Below are positions 62,947-64,000 of a stretch of 64,000 bases of DNA, in pieces; the first letter of the stretch is position 1, and the number at the start of each line of letters is the position of its first letter. This DNA comes from a virus (taxonomy: Duplodnaviria; Caudoviricetes), in the IMG/VR virus record IMGVR_UViG_3300026493_000002; one strand, given 5' to 3'. Below the pieces are notes generated by a model. The model made no database searches and had not been told where the DNA came from. It worked only from the letters and a program-made list of their open reading frames with translations. The position numbers and the translations under genes were made by a program.

Positions 62947-63612
62947 ATGAAAATCAATGTCGCAATCGGCCAACTGGAATCCACTTCCGCGACGGTCGAA
63001 GCCGGGGGCCGCAGTCAGAAGTGGTTCGATGGTCTGACGAAGCCGCAGCAGAAGAAGTACCTCAAGGACAACCCCAAGTCCAAATTCAATCCTGCCAACA
63101 AGGGCAAGAAGGCCGCGCCGAAGAAGGCTGCTGCCAAGAAGGCTCCGGCCAAGAAGGCTGCTCCCGCAAAGAGCAAGAAGACCGTGCTGACCCAGAAGCA
63201 CTCCGACAAGGCTCAGGCCTCGTTGAAGATCCTGGACAAGCGTTACGATGCTCTGCACGACAAGCTGAAAAAGCTGGAAGACAAGCAGAAGTACAAGAAG
63301 ACGCCCGAGCGCAAGGAATTGATCGTCAAGGTCAAGGCCCGCCTCAAGACCCTCAACAAGAAGTATGACCAGCTGCGCAAGGTCGTATCGAAGGTCTACA
63401 ACGCCAAACGTGCGGCCGATATGAAGGACGATCCGAAGCGTCTGGCCCTGATGGACAAGCTGGAGATCGCGCAGAAGCAGGCCAAGCGCCATGTCCGTGA
63501 GTCTGAGGGCGGCAACGGCTTCCGTCGTGCCGAGTTCGCTCGCAAGCGCGCCGAGAAGATTCAGGCCCGCATCGACAAGCACGATGCCAAGAAGGCCACG
63601 AAGGCCAAGTAA
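62947..63612 (+). CDS. K-rich coiled-coil protein with MKINVAIG leader and WFxxLxxxQQxxY motif
   Basis: 221 aa; contains the KGKKAAPKKAAAKKAPAKKA module shared with 55452-56105. Confidence 0.85.
   Translation: MKINVAIGQLESTSATVEAGGRSQKWFDGLTKPQQKKYLKDNPKSKFNPANKGKKAAPKKAAAKKAPAKKAAPAKSKKTVLTQKHSDKAQASLKILDKRYDALHDKLKKLEDKQKYKKTPERKELIVKVKARLKTLNKKYDQLRKVVSKVYNAKRAADMKDDPKRLALMDKLEIAQKQAKRHVRESEGGNGFRRAEFARKRAEKIQARIDKHDAKKATKAK
63099..63161 (+). repeat. 63-bp exact repeat, copy 2
   Basis: Identical to 55679-55741. Confidence 0.9.
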
Positions 63613-63640
63613 GCAGCATTCCATAAACTACAGGTGATGT

Positions 63641-64000
63641 ATGAAGTCGGATAAGGTAAAGAAGAAGCGGCGCCCGGCCGAAGAGGAAGAGTTCGTGATC
63701 GGTCGTCTGCCCCCATCCGATTCGTCGTCCAAGAAGAAAAAGAAGCGGCCGGTCACGGACGACTCGCCGCCGAAGAAGAAAAAGAAGAAGCCGAAGGAAG
63801 ACGGCCGTAACCCCAGCCTCGCGCTCGCCAAGGTTGAGCGCAGGAAGAAGCGCCTCAAGGAATCGCTGCAAGGCCTCGACCTCGAAGTCGTTACCCAGAA
63901 CGCGAAGCCCGGTGAGCGCGAGTACGTCGATGAATTCGTGTGGATGTTCAAGCGCATTGGTCGCCTGATCCGTGCGACTGAGAAACGAGCGTTGAAGTCC
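63641..64000 (+). CDS. K-rich hypothetical protein (3'-partial)
   Basis: MKSDKVKKKRRPAEEEEF... open to the window edge; AGGTG SD. Confidence 0.75.
   Translation, partial: MKSDKVKKKRRPAEEEEFVIGRLPPSDSSSKKKKKRPVTDDSPPKKKKKKPKEDGRNPSLALAKVERRKKRLKESLQGLDLEVVTQNAKPGEREYVDEFVWMFKRIGRLIRATEKRALKS

Noticed and set aside
55170-63624. Long minus-strand ORFs over the late genes (e.g. 55170-56126, 56667-57998, 61972-63624)
   Set aside because: Same antisense shadow effect; the plus-strand frames have SDs, promoter motifs and coherent products.
1-64000. Alternative genetic code (stop-codon reassignment)
   Set aside because: Conserved genes (gyrA/B, sbcC, dut, recA) are full-length under the standard code, and genes end in TAA, TGA and TAG.

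Overview
This window is a segment of a large, GC-rich lytic bacteriophage genome, most likely a jumbo phage of a GC-rich proteobacterium. Gene content resembles RSL1/BcepSaruman/Motura-type jumbo phages; this is inference, as no search was run. Positions 1-53.4 kb are almost entirely on the minus strand and encode replication, recombination and nucleotide functions: GyrA/GyrB-like topoisomerase II, SbcC/SbcD, intein-containing DnaX, 5'-3' exonuclease, DEDD exonuclease, RecA, a gp32-like SSB ending in DDIPF, a phage sigma factor, a Cas4-like nuclease, primase (+ strand), RuvC, Dcd, Dut, ThyX, Tmk, a HAD nucleotidase and a MazG-like protein, plus many small hypotheticals. From 53.5 kb the genes switch to the plus strand and look late/virion-related, with histone-H1-like K/A-rich proteins and an ADP-ribosyltransferase/Nudix pair. 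No tRNA, rRNA, CRISPR array, integrase or transposase was found. The most striking unexplained structures are: (i) a ~1 kb non-coding locus at 37.2-38.25 kb with a promoter-to-terminator ~550-nt multi-hairpin unit, an IHF site with direct repeats, and a second ~96-nt structured unit; (ii) three promoter-like motif classes: sigma70 promoters bracketed by inverted TCAAACCCGA boxes, CTGTAAA upstream of replication genes, and STAATTT upstream of late genes; (iii) a shared N-terminal leader on four clustered late proteins, including the ART and Nudix; (iv) charge-block disordered tails attached to many replication proteins.
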